A stretch of 32,000 nucleotides of DNA. Origin: Acutalibacteraceae bacterium (GTDB lineage: Bacteria > Bacillota > Clostridia > Oscillospirales > Acutalibacteraceae). Positions 16,458 to 24,028 of this stretch are shown here, piece by piece (position 1 is the stretch's first letter; every line of letters starts with the position of its first letter). The notes beneath the pieces are model-generated. The model saw only the letters and a program-made list of their open reading frames with translations. It searched no databases and had not been told where the DNA came from. The stretch is taken from assembly GCA_045533625.1 (NCBI GenBank), contig JAZSID010000032.1, forward strand, positions 17,311 to 49,310, given 5' to 3'. The translations under genes and the position numbers were made by a program.

Positions 16458-17785
16458 TATCTGGCCTCACCAAGCAAATCATATTCATCGAAATCGAAAA
16501 TTCTTACGTCAGCAAAATCGCCGATTTCAAGATTCTTTGCACTTGTAAATTTAACAACGGAATCAATTTCGGGAGCATCCATATAAGTTCTGCCTATGTA
16601 GCTGTCTGTATAAGAATCATACTCCTCAACAATTGTCTTATATGTATTTCCGATCTTTGCGTTGTTCTTTTCTTCCATAATCGCGAGCTGATCCTGCATA
16701 ATTATATCGCCGCGGTTCATTTTCACGTCGTCCTCAAGCTGGTCGTCCATATCGTAAGCAGGCGTACCCTCCTGAGCTGAGAAAGAGAAGCAGCCAAGGC
16801 GGTCAAATTCGATTTCATTGACGAATGTTGCAAGGTCTTCGAAAGCTTCGTCATCCTCGCCCGGGAAGCCGACGATGAAGGTTGTGCGGATAACAACATC
16901 GGGAATTTCGGTTCTCAGCTTTTCGATTGTATTTCTTATGTCATCGCTTGTACCTCTGCGGTTCATCGCTTTGAGGATTCTGTCATTAGCGTGCTGAAGA
17001 GGAAGATCGATATAATTAACAATCTTTTCCTGATTTTTGATTGTTGCAATAAGCTCGTCCGTAATTCTGTCGGGATAACAATAGAGAAGTCTTATCCATT
17101 CGATTCCGTCGATTCCGCAGAGTTCATTAAGAAGCTCGGGAAGCTTGAGCTCACCGTAAAGATCAAGACCATAGCTCGTTGTATCCTGTGCGATAACAAT
17201 AAGCTCCTTTACGCCGACTTCTGCAAGCTGCTTTGCCTCATCAATGATGATTTCCATCTTACGCCTTCGCATATCGCCTCTGATTGTCGGAATTGAACAG
17301 TAAGTACATCTGTTTGAACAACCGTCAGCTATCTTCAGATATGCCCAATGCTCAGGGGTTGTGAGGATACGCTGACCGTCAAGGGGTAACTCAGACTGCG
17401 GCGGGAAGCTTTCTACCAGCTCGGCTGTAGACATAACCTCATCAATCACATCAAGGATTTTTCCGTTTGCGCCGATACCGATTACTGCATCAACCTCGGG
17501 AATTTCCTTTGCAATTTCTTCCTTGTGGCGCTGAGCGAGGCAACCCGTAACGATAATCTTTCTTACGATGCCTTCATTTTTAAGCTCAACTGTATCGAGG
17601 ATATTTTCAATTGCTTCCTTTTTGGCATCGTCAATGAAACCGCAGGTATTAATAATCACAACATCGCAACCGTCAACATAGTCAACAATCGTATGACCTG
17701 CTTCATCAATAAGAGCCAGCATACGCTCGGCATCGACCTGATTTTTCGGACAGCCGAGAGATATCAAACCTATCTGATAACCCAT
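16457..17785 (-). CDS. rimO: ribosomal protein S12 methylthiotransferase (radical SAM MTTase)
   Basis: 442 aa. It has an N-terminal GCPKNQVDAE domain, a radical-SAM CSNRCTYCSIP motif and a C-terminal TRAM domain. Confidence 0.9.
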   Translation of the reverse strand: MGYQIGLISLGCPKNQVDAERMLALIDEAGHTIVDYVDGCDVVIINTCGFIDDAKKEAIENILDTVELKNEGIVRKIIVTGCLAQRHKEEIAKEIPEVDAVIGIGANGKILDVIDEVMSTAELVESFPPQSELPLDGQRILTTPEHWAYLKIADGCSNRCTYCSIPTIRGDMRRRKMEIIIDEAKQLAEVGVKELIVIAQDTTSYGLDLYGELKLPELLNELCGIDGIEWIRLLYCYPDRITDELIATIKNQEKIVNYIDLPLQHANDRILKAMNRRGTSDDIRNTIEKLRTEIPDVVIRTTFIVGFPGEDDEAFEDLATFVNEIEFDRLGCFSFSAQEGTPAYDMDDQLEDDVKMNRGDIIMQDQLAIMEEKNNAKIGNTYKTIVEEYDSYTDSYIGRTYMDAPEIDSVVKFTSAKNLEIGDFADVRIFDFDEYDLLGEAR

Positions 17786-17794
17786 AATATCACC

Positions 17795-18427
17795 TTAATA
17801 TTCTTCAAAATATTCGTCTGACGAAAATTCCCTCATAGCCTGACGGATATCCCCGAAAGAATAGCCCAGACGTACGAGCGCGGCAACAACCTTTTGCCGA
17901 GATTTGTCGTCAACTAATTTATTATAATATTTTTTTTGAATAATATCAACTATTGTTTGAATATTATCTGTATCATTTTCATTTTCGTACTCTTCGAGCA
18001 CTTCATTTATAGTTTCCGAGGCTATTCCTCGCCTGAAAAGTTCACTTTTTACACGGTTTTTTCCGTATTTTTTTCTTTCAAACAACTCACGGGTAAGATT
18101 TTCGGCATAACGACGGTCATTCACAAGTCCCAAATCAAGGAGTTTTTCAACTGCAGTATCAACCGAATTTTCGTCATACTTCCTTGAAAGCTTGTTACGA
18201 AGCTCCCTTTCGGAATGGTCGCGAAGATCAAGGCTGAACATTGCGCTGTTAAAAGCAAGGCGGGAGCCTGCCGCCTCTTTGAAGGCAGCAAGGTTCCCGT
18301 CGTCAATTTCGTCACCTGAAATATAGCCTGATGAAAACCAGAAATCTTCATCGACCGTCAGCAGGTATTCGCCGTCAATATGAATATGTATCTTTGTGCC
18401 TTTTCCTTGTTTAGCCGTAATTTTCAT
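17795..18427 (-). CDS. recX: RecX regulatory protein
   Basis: 210 aa. It lies directly after recA, and its ATG shares one nt with the recA TAA. RecX-type helical repeats are present (ELRNKLSRKY...VEKLLDLGLVNDRRYAENL...ELFRRGI). Confidence 0.85.
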   Translation of the reverse strand: MKITAKQGKGTKIHIHIDGEYLLTVDEDFWFSSGYISGDEIDDGNLAAFKEAAGSRLAFNSAMFSLDLRDHSERELRNKLSRKYDENSVDTAVEKLLDLGLVNDRRYAENLTRELFERKKYGKNRVKSELFRRGIASETINEVLEEYENENDTDNIQTIVDIIQKKYYNKLVDDKSRQKVVAALVRLGYSFGDIRQAMREFSSDEYFEEY

Positions 18428-19551
18428 TAATCATCAACCGCTATATCAAGCTTAGCCTTTGCAGATGCTTTTGTTACGGGGGCTGCTGGAGCCGCAGGAG
18501 CAACAGGTGCCGCAGGCATTACAGGCTTTACGCCTTTCTTTGAAGAAGCTTTTCCCATCTGTGCAAGCTTGTCCATATTTTCTCTGATCTTCTGCTCGAG
18601 TTCAGCCATAAGCTCAGGATCGTTTTTGATAAGTTCTTTAACGTTATCTCTGCCCTGACCGAGTCTTGTTTCACCGTAGGAGAACCAAGCACCACTCTTG
18701 TTGATTATGTCAAGAGAAACTGCAATATCAAGAATTTCGCCGACTTTCGAGATTCCTTCGCCGAACATAATATCAAATTCAGCCTCTTTGAACGGAGGAG
18801 CAACCTTGTTTTTAACAATCTTTACTCTTGTTCTTGCTCCGATGAATTCACTGCCTGAAGCTTTGAGAGCTTCAACCTTGCGGACATCCATTCGCATTGA
18901 AGCATAGAACTTGAGTGCACGTCCACCCGTTGTTGTTTCAGGGTTACCGTACATAACACCAATCTTCTCACGGAGCTGATTAATAAATATTATAATAGTA
19001 TTAGACTTGTTGATTGCACCTGCAAGCTTTCTTAAAGCCTGTGACATAAGTCTTGCGTGCTGACCGACGTGTGAATCGCCCATTTCGCCTTCGATTTCAG
19101 ATCTCGGTACAAGAGCTGCAACAGAGTCAACAATAACAATATCAATAGCACCCGAACGTACAAGCGCTTCTGTAATTTCGAGTGCCTGCTCACCGTTATC
19201 CGGCTGAGCAACAAGAAGAGAATCAACATCTACGCCAAGGTTAGCCGCATAAACGGGATCAAGAGCGTGTTCAGCATCGATGAAAGCTGCCTCGCCGCCT
19301 GCCTTCTGTGCCTCAGCGACAGCGTGAAGAGCAAGAGTTGTTTTACCTGAAGATTCAGGTCCGTATATTTCAATAATTCGTCCTTTTGGAAGACCGCCGA
19401 TACCTGTTGCAACGTCAAGTGAGAGTGAACCCGTTGAAATTGCTTCAACCGTCATACCTGCATTCTGACCAAGACGCATAACTGTTCCTTTACCGTACTG
19501 CTTTTCAAGCTGCGCAATTGCGGTTTCCAATGCCTTTTGTTTATCTGCCAT
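18427..19551 (-). CDS. recA: recombinase RecA
   Basis: 374 aa. It has Walker [10 protein letters not shown] plus [23 protein letters not shown] and [40 protein letters not shown] at 19559-19563. Confidence 0.98.
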   Translation of the reverse strand: MADKQKALETAIAQLEKQYGKGTVMRLGQNAGMTVEAISTGSLSLDVATGIGGLPKGRIIEIYGPESSGKTTLALHAVAEAQKAGGEAAFIDAEHALDPVYAANLGVDVDSLLVAQPDNGEQALEITEALVRSGAIDIVIVDSVAALVPRSEIEGEMGDSHVGQHARLMSQALRKLAGAINKSNTIIIFINQLREKIGVMYGNPETTTGGRALKFYASMRMDVRKVEALKASGSEFIGARTRVKIVKNKVAPPFKEAEFDIMFGEGISKVGEILDIAVSLDIINKSGAWFSYGETRLGQGRDNVKELIKNDPELMAELEQKIRENMDKLAQMGKASSKKGVKPVMPAAPVAPAAPAAPVTKASAKAKLDIAVDD

Positions 19552-19563
19552 AGTAATACCTCC

Positions 19564-19831
19564 GTAGGGTGGCGGTAATAATCCGAACCATGTTTTTTAT
19601 CGGATGATTTCCGCCATTTCTTTGTTAAAATACTCGCCAATCCGCAAGGATTGGCTGCGTTTTTGCCTTGAACTGCCAAAAATCCTCTCGATAAAAAATC
19701 TTCGACCTGAAAGCTGAGGATTTTAAGATGATTTTTGGATATTGAGAGTACCGATAGGCTGACGCCTTTCAAACCCAAAAAGCGCCGAAAACTCGCTCTC
19801 AGGCAGGTTTGGATTACTACCGTCACCCTAC
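19564..19831 (-). other. 268-bp element bounded by 21-bp inverted repeats within the recA 5' leader (candidate cis-regulatory RNA or MITE-like insertion)
   Basis: 19564-19584 (GTAGGGTGGCGGTAATAATCC) is complementary to 19811-19831 (GGATTACTACCGTCACCCTAC) at 19 of 21 positions. Internal hairpins are GCCAATCC-GCAA-GGATTGGC (19636-19655) and AAAATCCTC...GAGGATTTT (19679-19687 with 19716-19724). Confidence 0.55.
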
Positions 19832-19845
19832 CGTACAAATGTTCG
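19832..19845 (-). promoter_or_regulatory. candidate LexA/DinR operator (Cheo box)
   Basis: The minus strand reads CGAACATTTGTACG. The Gram-positive consensus is CGAAC-N4-GTTCG, so there is one mismatch. It lies 8 nt downstream of the recA -10 hexamer. Confidence 0.5.
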
Positions 19846-19853
19846 ATGAATGT

Positions 19854-19882
19854 ATTATACATTAAGCAAAAGAAAAAATCAA
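19854..19882 (-). promoter_or_regulatory. recA sigma-A-type promoter TTGATT-17-TATAAT
   Basis: Read on the reverse strand: -35 at 19877-19882 and -10 at 19854-19859. Confidence 0.55.
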
Positions 19883-19936
19883 TAGTATTTTTCTAAATAT
19901 TTTTTAAAATAAAATAAAAATTGTTTTGAAAAAAGG

Positions 19937-19965
19937 TTGATTTTTTCGAAAATATCTGTTATTAT
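19937..19965 (+). promoter_or_regulatory. sigma-A-type promoter TTGATT-17-TATTAT upstream of rpmB
   Basis: TTGATT at 19937-19942 and TATTAT at 19960-19965. Confidence 0.45.
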
Positions 19966-20010
19966 GTACGACGTTGTTTAGTATTCGTAAGTAAAAAGGA
20001 GGTGCCGACT

Positions 20011-20199
20011 ATGGCAAAATGCGAATTCTGCGGCAAAGGTGTTTCTTTCGGTATTCAGGTTTCTCACTCACACAGACGTTCAAACAGAACATGGAAGCCG
20101 AACATTAAGCGTGTTAAGGCAGTTGTTAACGGTTCTCCGCGCAAGGTATATGCTTGCACACGTTGTTTACGTTCAGGTAAGGTAACACGTGCCGTTTAA
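20011..20199 (+). CDS. rpmB: 50S ribosomal protein L28
   Basis: Start re-called to the ATG at 20011 (MAKCEFCGKGVSFGIQVSHSHRRSNRTWKPNIKRV), with AAGGAGG at 19996-20002. The track ORF starts at a GTG inside the RBS. Confidence 0.95.
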   Translation: MAKCEFCGKGVSFGIQVSHSHRRSNRTWKPNIKRVKAVVNGSPRKVYACTRCLRSGKVTRAV

Positions 20200-20214
20200 T
20201 GCACATGATGATAC

Positions 20215-20246
20215 AGAGGCTGTCTTTTGACAGCCTCTTTGTCTTT
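20215..20246 (+). terminator. rpmB rho-independent terminator
   Basis: AGAGGCTGTC (20215-20224) pairs with GACAGCCTCT (20229-20238), with loop TTTT. It is followed by TTGTCTTT. Confidence 0.75.
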
Positions 20247-20260
20247 CAACGGAGGTTTTT

Positions 20261-21427
20261 ATGGCAAGTTTCAAGTCATTTATCAATATATTAAGAAGGA
20301 AGTTGTTCTTTTTCATCGTGTGGCCTCTCGCCTTCAGGCTGTTCTCATTCAAGCCGATTGACGAAAAGCTCGTCCTTTTTGCATTCAGCAAAAATTATAC
20401 AAGTATGCCCGACAATCTTACGGGGCTTTACGAATACCTTAAGAATAAGGGTTACAACTGCAAAATTATGCAGGCTCCGCAGAATGCCGTCAAACGCATA
20501 CTTTTTGACATCACATTCCAGAAATATTACGCAAGATGTAAATGTGTTTTCATTACGGACAACTTTGATCCCCTTTATGCTCACAAGCCTAACAAGGGTA
20601 CAAAGGTAATCCAGCTCTGGCACGCTTGCGGTGCTTTCAAAAAATGGGGTTATTCCACTCTCGACCTCGCCTGGGGCGGCAGCCGTGAGGATATGCTACG
20701 TTTTCCGATGCATAACACCTATACAGACGTATTCGTTTCTGCTGAAAGTGTTATCCCCTGCTACGCCGAAGCTTTCGGCTGTGACGAAAAAATCATCAAG
20801 GCTTTGGGCACACCGAGAACGGACGTTTATTTCGATAAAGAATTCGTTAAATCCCGCCGTGAGGAATTACTGAAAGCTTTCCCTGCAATCGGCAACAGGA
20901 AAATCATCCTTTATGCTCCGACTTTCAGAGGCAACTCACCTGAGGAGTCATACAACGACCAGCCGCTTGATTACGCTTTCCTTAAGGAAACGCTCGGCAA
21001 GGACTACGCTCTCGTGCTCAAGCTTCATCCGTTTACGGCAAAGAAATACAAGCTTACCGAAGAACAGGAGAAGAAATTCGGCGATTTTGTTCTTGATGCT
21101 TCAAATTCTCTTTCGGTCGAAACTGCACTCTGTGCGGCTGACTATCTTATCGCAGACTATTCTTCATTGATTTTTGAATATGCTTTGCTCGATAAGCCGA
21201 TGATTTTCTTTGCATATGACCTTGAAAAGTACAAACGTGACAGAAGCTTCTATTTTGAATACGAAAGCTTTGTCCCGGGACGTATCGTTATGACAAACGA
21301 AGAAATTGCCGCATCGATTCTCAGCGACAGCTGTCAGCAGGAAAAGATTGCGGACTTCAGAAATAAATATATGAGTGCGTGCGACGGCAAATGTATAGAA
21401 AGAATTGCCGAATACGCTGTGAGGTAA
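20261..21427 (+). CDS. CDP-glycerol glycerophosphotransferase family protein (TagB/TagF-like)
   Basis: 388 aa. Motifs: VIQLWHACGAFKKWG, ILYAPTFRG, LKLHP, ADYSSLIFEYALLDKPMIFFAYDLEKY. This is the Glyphos_transf pattern. Confidence 0.82.
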   Translation: MASFKSFINILRRKLFFFIVWPLAFRLFSFKPIDEKLVLFAFSKNYTSMPDNLTGLYEYLKNKGYNCKIMQAPQNAVKRILFDITFQKYYARCKCVFITDNFDPLYAHKPNKGTKVIQLWHACGAFKKWGYSTLDLAWGGSREDMLRFPMHNTYTDVFVSAESVIPCYAEAFGCDEKIIKALGTPRTDVYFDKEFVKSRREELLKAFPAIGNRKIILYAPTFRGNSPEESYNDQPLDYAFLKETLGKDYALVLKLHPFTAKKYKLTEEQEKKFGDFVLDASNSLSVETALCAADYLIADYSSLIFEYALLDKPMIFFAYDLEKYKRDRSFYFEYESFVPGRIVMTNEEIAASILSDSCQQEKIADFRNKYMSACDGKCIERIAEYAVR

Positions 21428-21431
21428 CAAT

Positions 21432-21974
21432 ATGAAAATAATGATTGCATCCGATATACACGGTTCTGCTTTTTACTGCAGAAAAATGATTGAGGCATTT
21501 GAGAGAGAAAATGCCGAAAAGCTTCTTTTGCTTGGCGATATTCTTTACCACGGACCGAGGAACGACCTTCCGAAGGAATATGCACCAAAAGAAGTTATTT
21601 CAATGCTCAATCCCCTTGCTGATAAGCTTCTCTGTGTTCGCGGTAACTGCGACACCGAGGTTGACCAGATGGTGCTTGATTTTCCCGTACTTGCTGAATA
21701 TGCTATTCTTTACGTTGGCGAAAAAATGATTTTTGCAACTCACGGACACGTTTTCAATCCGTCAAATCCGCCCAAAATCAGGAAAAACGATATCCTTCTT
21801 AACGGACACACACACGTTCCTGCATTTGAGGTTACGGATAAATTCACATATGTAAACCCGGGCTCAGTTTCCATTCCTAAGGAAAACAGCGAACACGGAT
21901 ATATTATTCTTGAGGATAATAAGCTTTCCTGGAAGAATCTTGAGGGTGAGATTTACAAAGAAGAAACCATCTAA
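21432..21974 (+). CDS. YfcE-family metallophosphoesterase
   Basis: 180 aa. It carries the calcineurin-like motifs DIHGS, GDILYHGPRN, GNCD, HGH and GHTH. Confidence 0.85.
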   Translation: MKIMIASDIHGSAFYCRKMIEAFERENAEKLLLLGDILYHGPRNDLPKEYAPKEVISMLNPLADKLLCVRGNCDTEVDQMVLDFPVLAEYAILYVGEKMIFATHGHVFNPSNPPKIRKNDILLNGHTHVPAFEVTDKFTYVNPGSVSIPKENSEHGYIILEDNKLSWKNLEGEIYKEETI

Positions 21975-22840
21975 TTCCCCACAAGCATCAGGATTTCGTC
22001 AACCGTCAGGTGCGGTTGGAGGGCTTTATTGATTGAAACGGCTATTATTTTGGATGCGCGTTCAACGACGAGGTCAATTTCACGCGGTGTGATTATCATT
22101 TCCTTGTTTTCTTTTCGCGAAATTTCTGTTTCATTATCCGTAAGGTCATTGACAAGGGTCTGTGCATCAACAACCGTCGGGATTCCCATTGAAATTACAG
22201 GTACACCAAGAGTTTCTTTGTTGACAGCTGCTCTTGCGTTTCCGACGCCTGAACCGGGAATTATCCCTGTGTCTGACATCTGTATTGTATTACCGAGCCT
22301 TGCAAGTTTTCTTGCGGCGAGAGCATCGATTACAATCACGGCACACGGGTTTATGGATTTGACTATACCTTTTATTGATTCTGCCGTTTCGATCCCCGTT
22401 TTGCCGAGAACTCCCGGAATAAAACCTGCTACGGGGCGAAGTTCGCCCAGACCGATGCTTTTTGAAAGCTCGTCCGTGATGTGACGGGTAGCAAGCACCA
22501 TATTTACGCTTTCGGGTCCTATCGCATCGGGTGTTATGTCCGTATTTCCGAGCCCTACAACGAGTACCGTACCTTTTTGGGGAATAAGCATTTTAAGCTC
22601 GTCGCTTATTGCGATAACAGTTTCTTCATCTAGAACAGCAGTATTTATCAGTGAAGGTATTTCTGCGGTTACATAACTGCCTACGGGTTTACCCAGGCTC
22701 TTTGCCCCTGTCTCGTCAGTTATCCTTATTCTGGTGAAAACAACTGCGTTTTTTTCGTACGTTTCACTCTCTACACCGTCGGGAATTCTCTCTTTTAAAA
22801 GCTCGTGTCTTTCGAGCGCAAGGTCTGTTCGGAAGTCCAT
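21971..22840 (-). CDS. gpr: GPR endopeptidase (spore germination protease)
   Basis: MDFRTDLALERHE is the canonical Gpr N-terminus, and later motifs include VVGLGN...TPDAIGP and IDALAAR. Start re-called to the ATG at 22840. The preceding GGGTGATTGTATG closely resembles the spoVAE initiation region GGGTGATTTTATG. Confidence 0.88.
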   Translation of the reverse strand: MDFRTDLALERHELLKERIPDGVESETYEKNAVVFTRIRITDETGAKSLGKPVGSYVTAEIPSLINTAVLDEETVIAISDELKMLIPQKGTVLVVGLGNTDITPDAIGPESVNMVLATRHITDELSKSIGLGELRPVAGFIPGVLGKTGIETAESIKGIVKSINPCAVIVIDALAARKLARLGNTIQMSDTGIIPGSGVGNARAAVNKETLGVPVISMGIPTVVDAQTLVNDLTDNETEISRKENKEMIITPREIDLVVERASKIIAVSINKALQPHLTVDEILMLVGN

Positions 22841-22882
22841 ACAATCACCCACAAAAATTTTTAAAAAATTTCAAAAAAATAC

Positions 22883-22911
22883 TTGCAATTTTATGCTTTT
22901 AATGATATGAT
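22883..22911 (+). promoter_or_regulatory. sigma-A-type promoter TTGCAA-17-TATGAT upstream of rpsT
   Basis: TTGCAA at 22883-22888 and TATGAT at 22906-22911. Confidence 0.45.
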
Positions 22912-22946
22912 TACTAACTGTGTAATGCATTAAAGGAGGTGGAATG

Positions 22947-23201
22947 ATGCCTAACATCAAATCAGCAAAGAAAAGAGTACTTGTAAACAAGACAAAGGCT
23001 GCTCGTAACAAGTCAAGAAATTCAGCTCTCAAGACAGCTATCAAAAAGGCTAACGCTGCTGCTGCAGCTAACTCACCTGATAAAGAAGCTGCTGTTAAGT
23101 TTGCTATCAAGAAGGTAGATCAGGCTTGTGCTAAGAATCTTCTCCACAAGAACAACGCTGCCAGAAAGAAGTCAGCTCTCGCTAAGCTTCTTGCAGACTA
23201 A
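22947..23201 (+). CDS. rpsT: 30S ribosomal protein S20
   Basis: MPNIKSAKKRVLVNKTKAARNKS is the canonical S20 N-terminus. The second ATG (22947) is preferred because it lies 7 nt after the GGAGG at 22935-22939. Confidence 0.95.
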   Translation: MPNIKSAKKRVLVNKTKAARNKSRNSALKTAIKKANAAAAANSPDKEAAVKFAIKKVDQACAKNLLHKNNAARKKSALAKLLAD

Positions 23202-23215
23202 TTGAGATTAACAAT

Positions 23216-23249
23216 ACGGACGGATTGTATATCCGTCCTTTTGTTTTTT
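23216..23249 (+). terminator. rpsT rho-independent terminator
   Basis: GGACGGAT (23218-23225) pairs with ATCCGTCC (23231-23238). It is followed by TTTTGTTTTTT. Confidence 0.8.
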
Positions 23250-23263
23250 ATATCAAAATTTCC

Positions 23264-23292
23264 TTGACTTTATTTCCTTACTGTAATATAAT
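23264..23292 (+). promoter_or_regulatory. near-consensus sigma-A promoter TTGACT-17-TATAAT for the 63-aa gene
   Basis: TTGACT at 23264-23269 and TATAAT at 23287-23292. Confidence 0.55.
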
Positions 23293-23324
23293 TAGTGTAA
23301 ACAAAATTCAGGAGGTACTATCCC

Positions 23325-23516
23325 ATGTGTGATACACTTAAAAAGATTCTTAAAGTTGTAGGTATTATCGCTGCTATCGCTGCTGTTGCTGCAGGCGTTT
23401 ATTTGCTCATCACTAAGGTTCTTCCCTGCAAGAATAAGGTTGAAGAAGACGACCAGAGCGATTACGTTTCATGCTCATGCTGCGACATCGACGATCCCGT
23501 ACCTGTTGAAGCATAA
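23325..23516 (+). CDS. small single-pass membrane protein with an acidic, Cys-containing tail (unknown function)
   Basis: 63 aa with a TM segment VVGIIAAIAAVAAGVYLLI and a tail EEDDQSDYVSCSCCDIDDPVPVEA. An AGGAGG RBS lies 8 nt upstream. The gene has its own promoter and terminator. Confidence 0.65.
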   Translation: MCDTLKKILKVVGIIAAIAAVAAGVYLLITKVLPCKNKVEEDDQSDYVSCSCCDIDDPVPVEA

Positions 23517-23533
23517 ATGATATACAGTATTTT

Positions 23534-23565
23534 AAGGAGTAGGTTTTTCCTGCTCCTTTTTTATT
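23534..23565 (+). terminator. terminator of the 63-aa gene
   Basis: AAGGAGTAGG (23534-23543) pairs with CCTGCTCCTT (23549-23558) to give 10 bp including one G-U pair. It is followed by a T-run. Confidence 0.65.
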
Positions 23566-23914
23566 TTGTTCCTGAACGGGTTACAAACGAAACAAGGAGT
23601 CCACTGATTATTGCCGCGGTTATTCCTGCAGAGCCTGAGCTCAGTGGCCCCGTGACAATGCCGAGCCAGCCTGTTTCATTAATCATTTCTCTTGTCCCCT
23701 TTGCGAGTGCATATCCAAAGCCTGTAAGCGGTACTGTTGCACCGCAGCCTGCAAAATTAACAAGATGCTGATACAGCCCGAGTGCTTCAAGCAAAACTCC
23801 GAGCACGACAAAGCAGACAAGTATACGCGCAGGAGTGAGTTTTGTTAAATCTATTAAAAGCTGACCTGCAACGCAGATTGTACCTCCGACTAAAAAAGCC
23901 CATAAAAAATCCAT
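23561..23914 (-). CDS. spoVAE: stage V sporulation protein AE (SpoVAEB-type)
   Basis: 117 aa. FLVGGTICVAGQLLID...TPA.ILV...LG.LLEALGLY..L..FAG.GA.VPL.GFG..LAKG is the conserved SpoVAE pattern. Confidence 0.88.
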   Translation of the reverse strand: MDFLWAFLVGGTICVAGQLLIDLTKLTPARILVCFVVLGVLLEALGLYQHLVNFAGCGATVPLTGFGYALAKGTREMINETGWLGIVTGPLSSGSAGITAAIISGLLVSFVTRSGTK

Positions 23915-24028
23915 AAAATCACCCTGTTTATATTGTTTTTGGAAAAGAGGGTTATATTCAGTCTAAAAAATGTAAAATTATGAATATTTAATAAATTTAA
24001 ACAGTCAGTAAAAAAGCTTTAGAAGAGA

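Noticed and set aside
15976-16548. 190-aa ORF on the + strand
   Set aside because: It is antisense to pgsA and the end of rimO. The pgsA frame carries the diagnostic CDP-alcohol transferase motif, so the opposite frame is spurious.
19585-19600. tRNA T-loop-like GGTTCGGATT on the minus strand of the recA leader
   Set aside because: No flanking T-stem, acceptor stem or anticodon arm can be drawn, so this is not a tRNA or tRNA fragment.
19452-19862. 136-aa ORF covering the recA leader and running into recA out of frame
   Set aside because: Its ATG lies upstream of the predicted recA -10 hexamer, so it falls outside that transcript. It has no RBS, and the product is basic with low complexity. 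The region is better explained as non-coding structured DNA or RNA.
22029-22484. 151-aa + strand ORF
   Set aside because: It is antisense to gpr. It is a Ser/Ile/Pro/Thr-rich mirror frame with no RBS.
22853-22943. Sigma-F or sigma-G promoter for gpr
   Set aside because: Candidate GCAT(T/A) and CATATCA elements are present, but their spacing (14 nt) does not fit the 17-18 nt I expect. No call is made.
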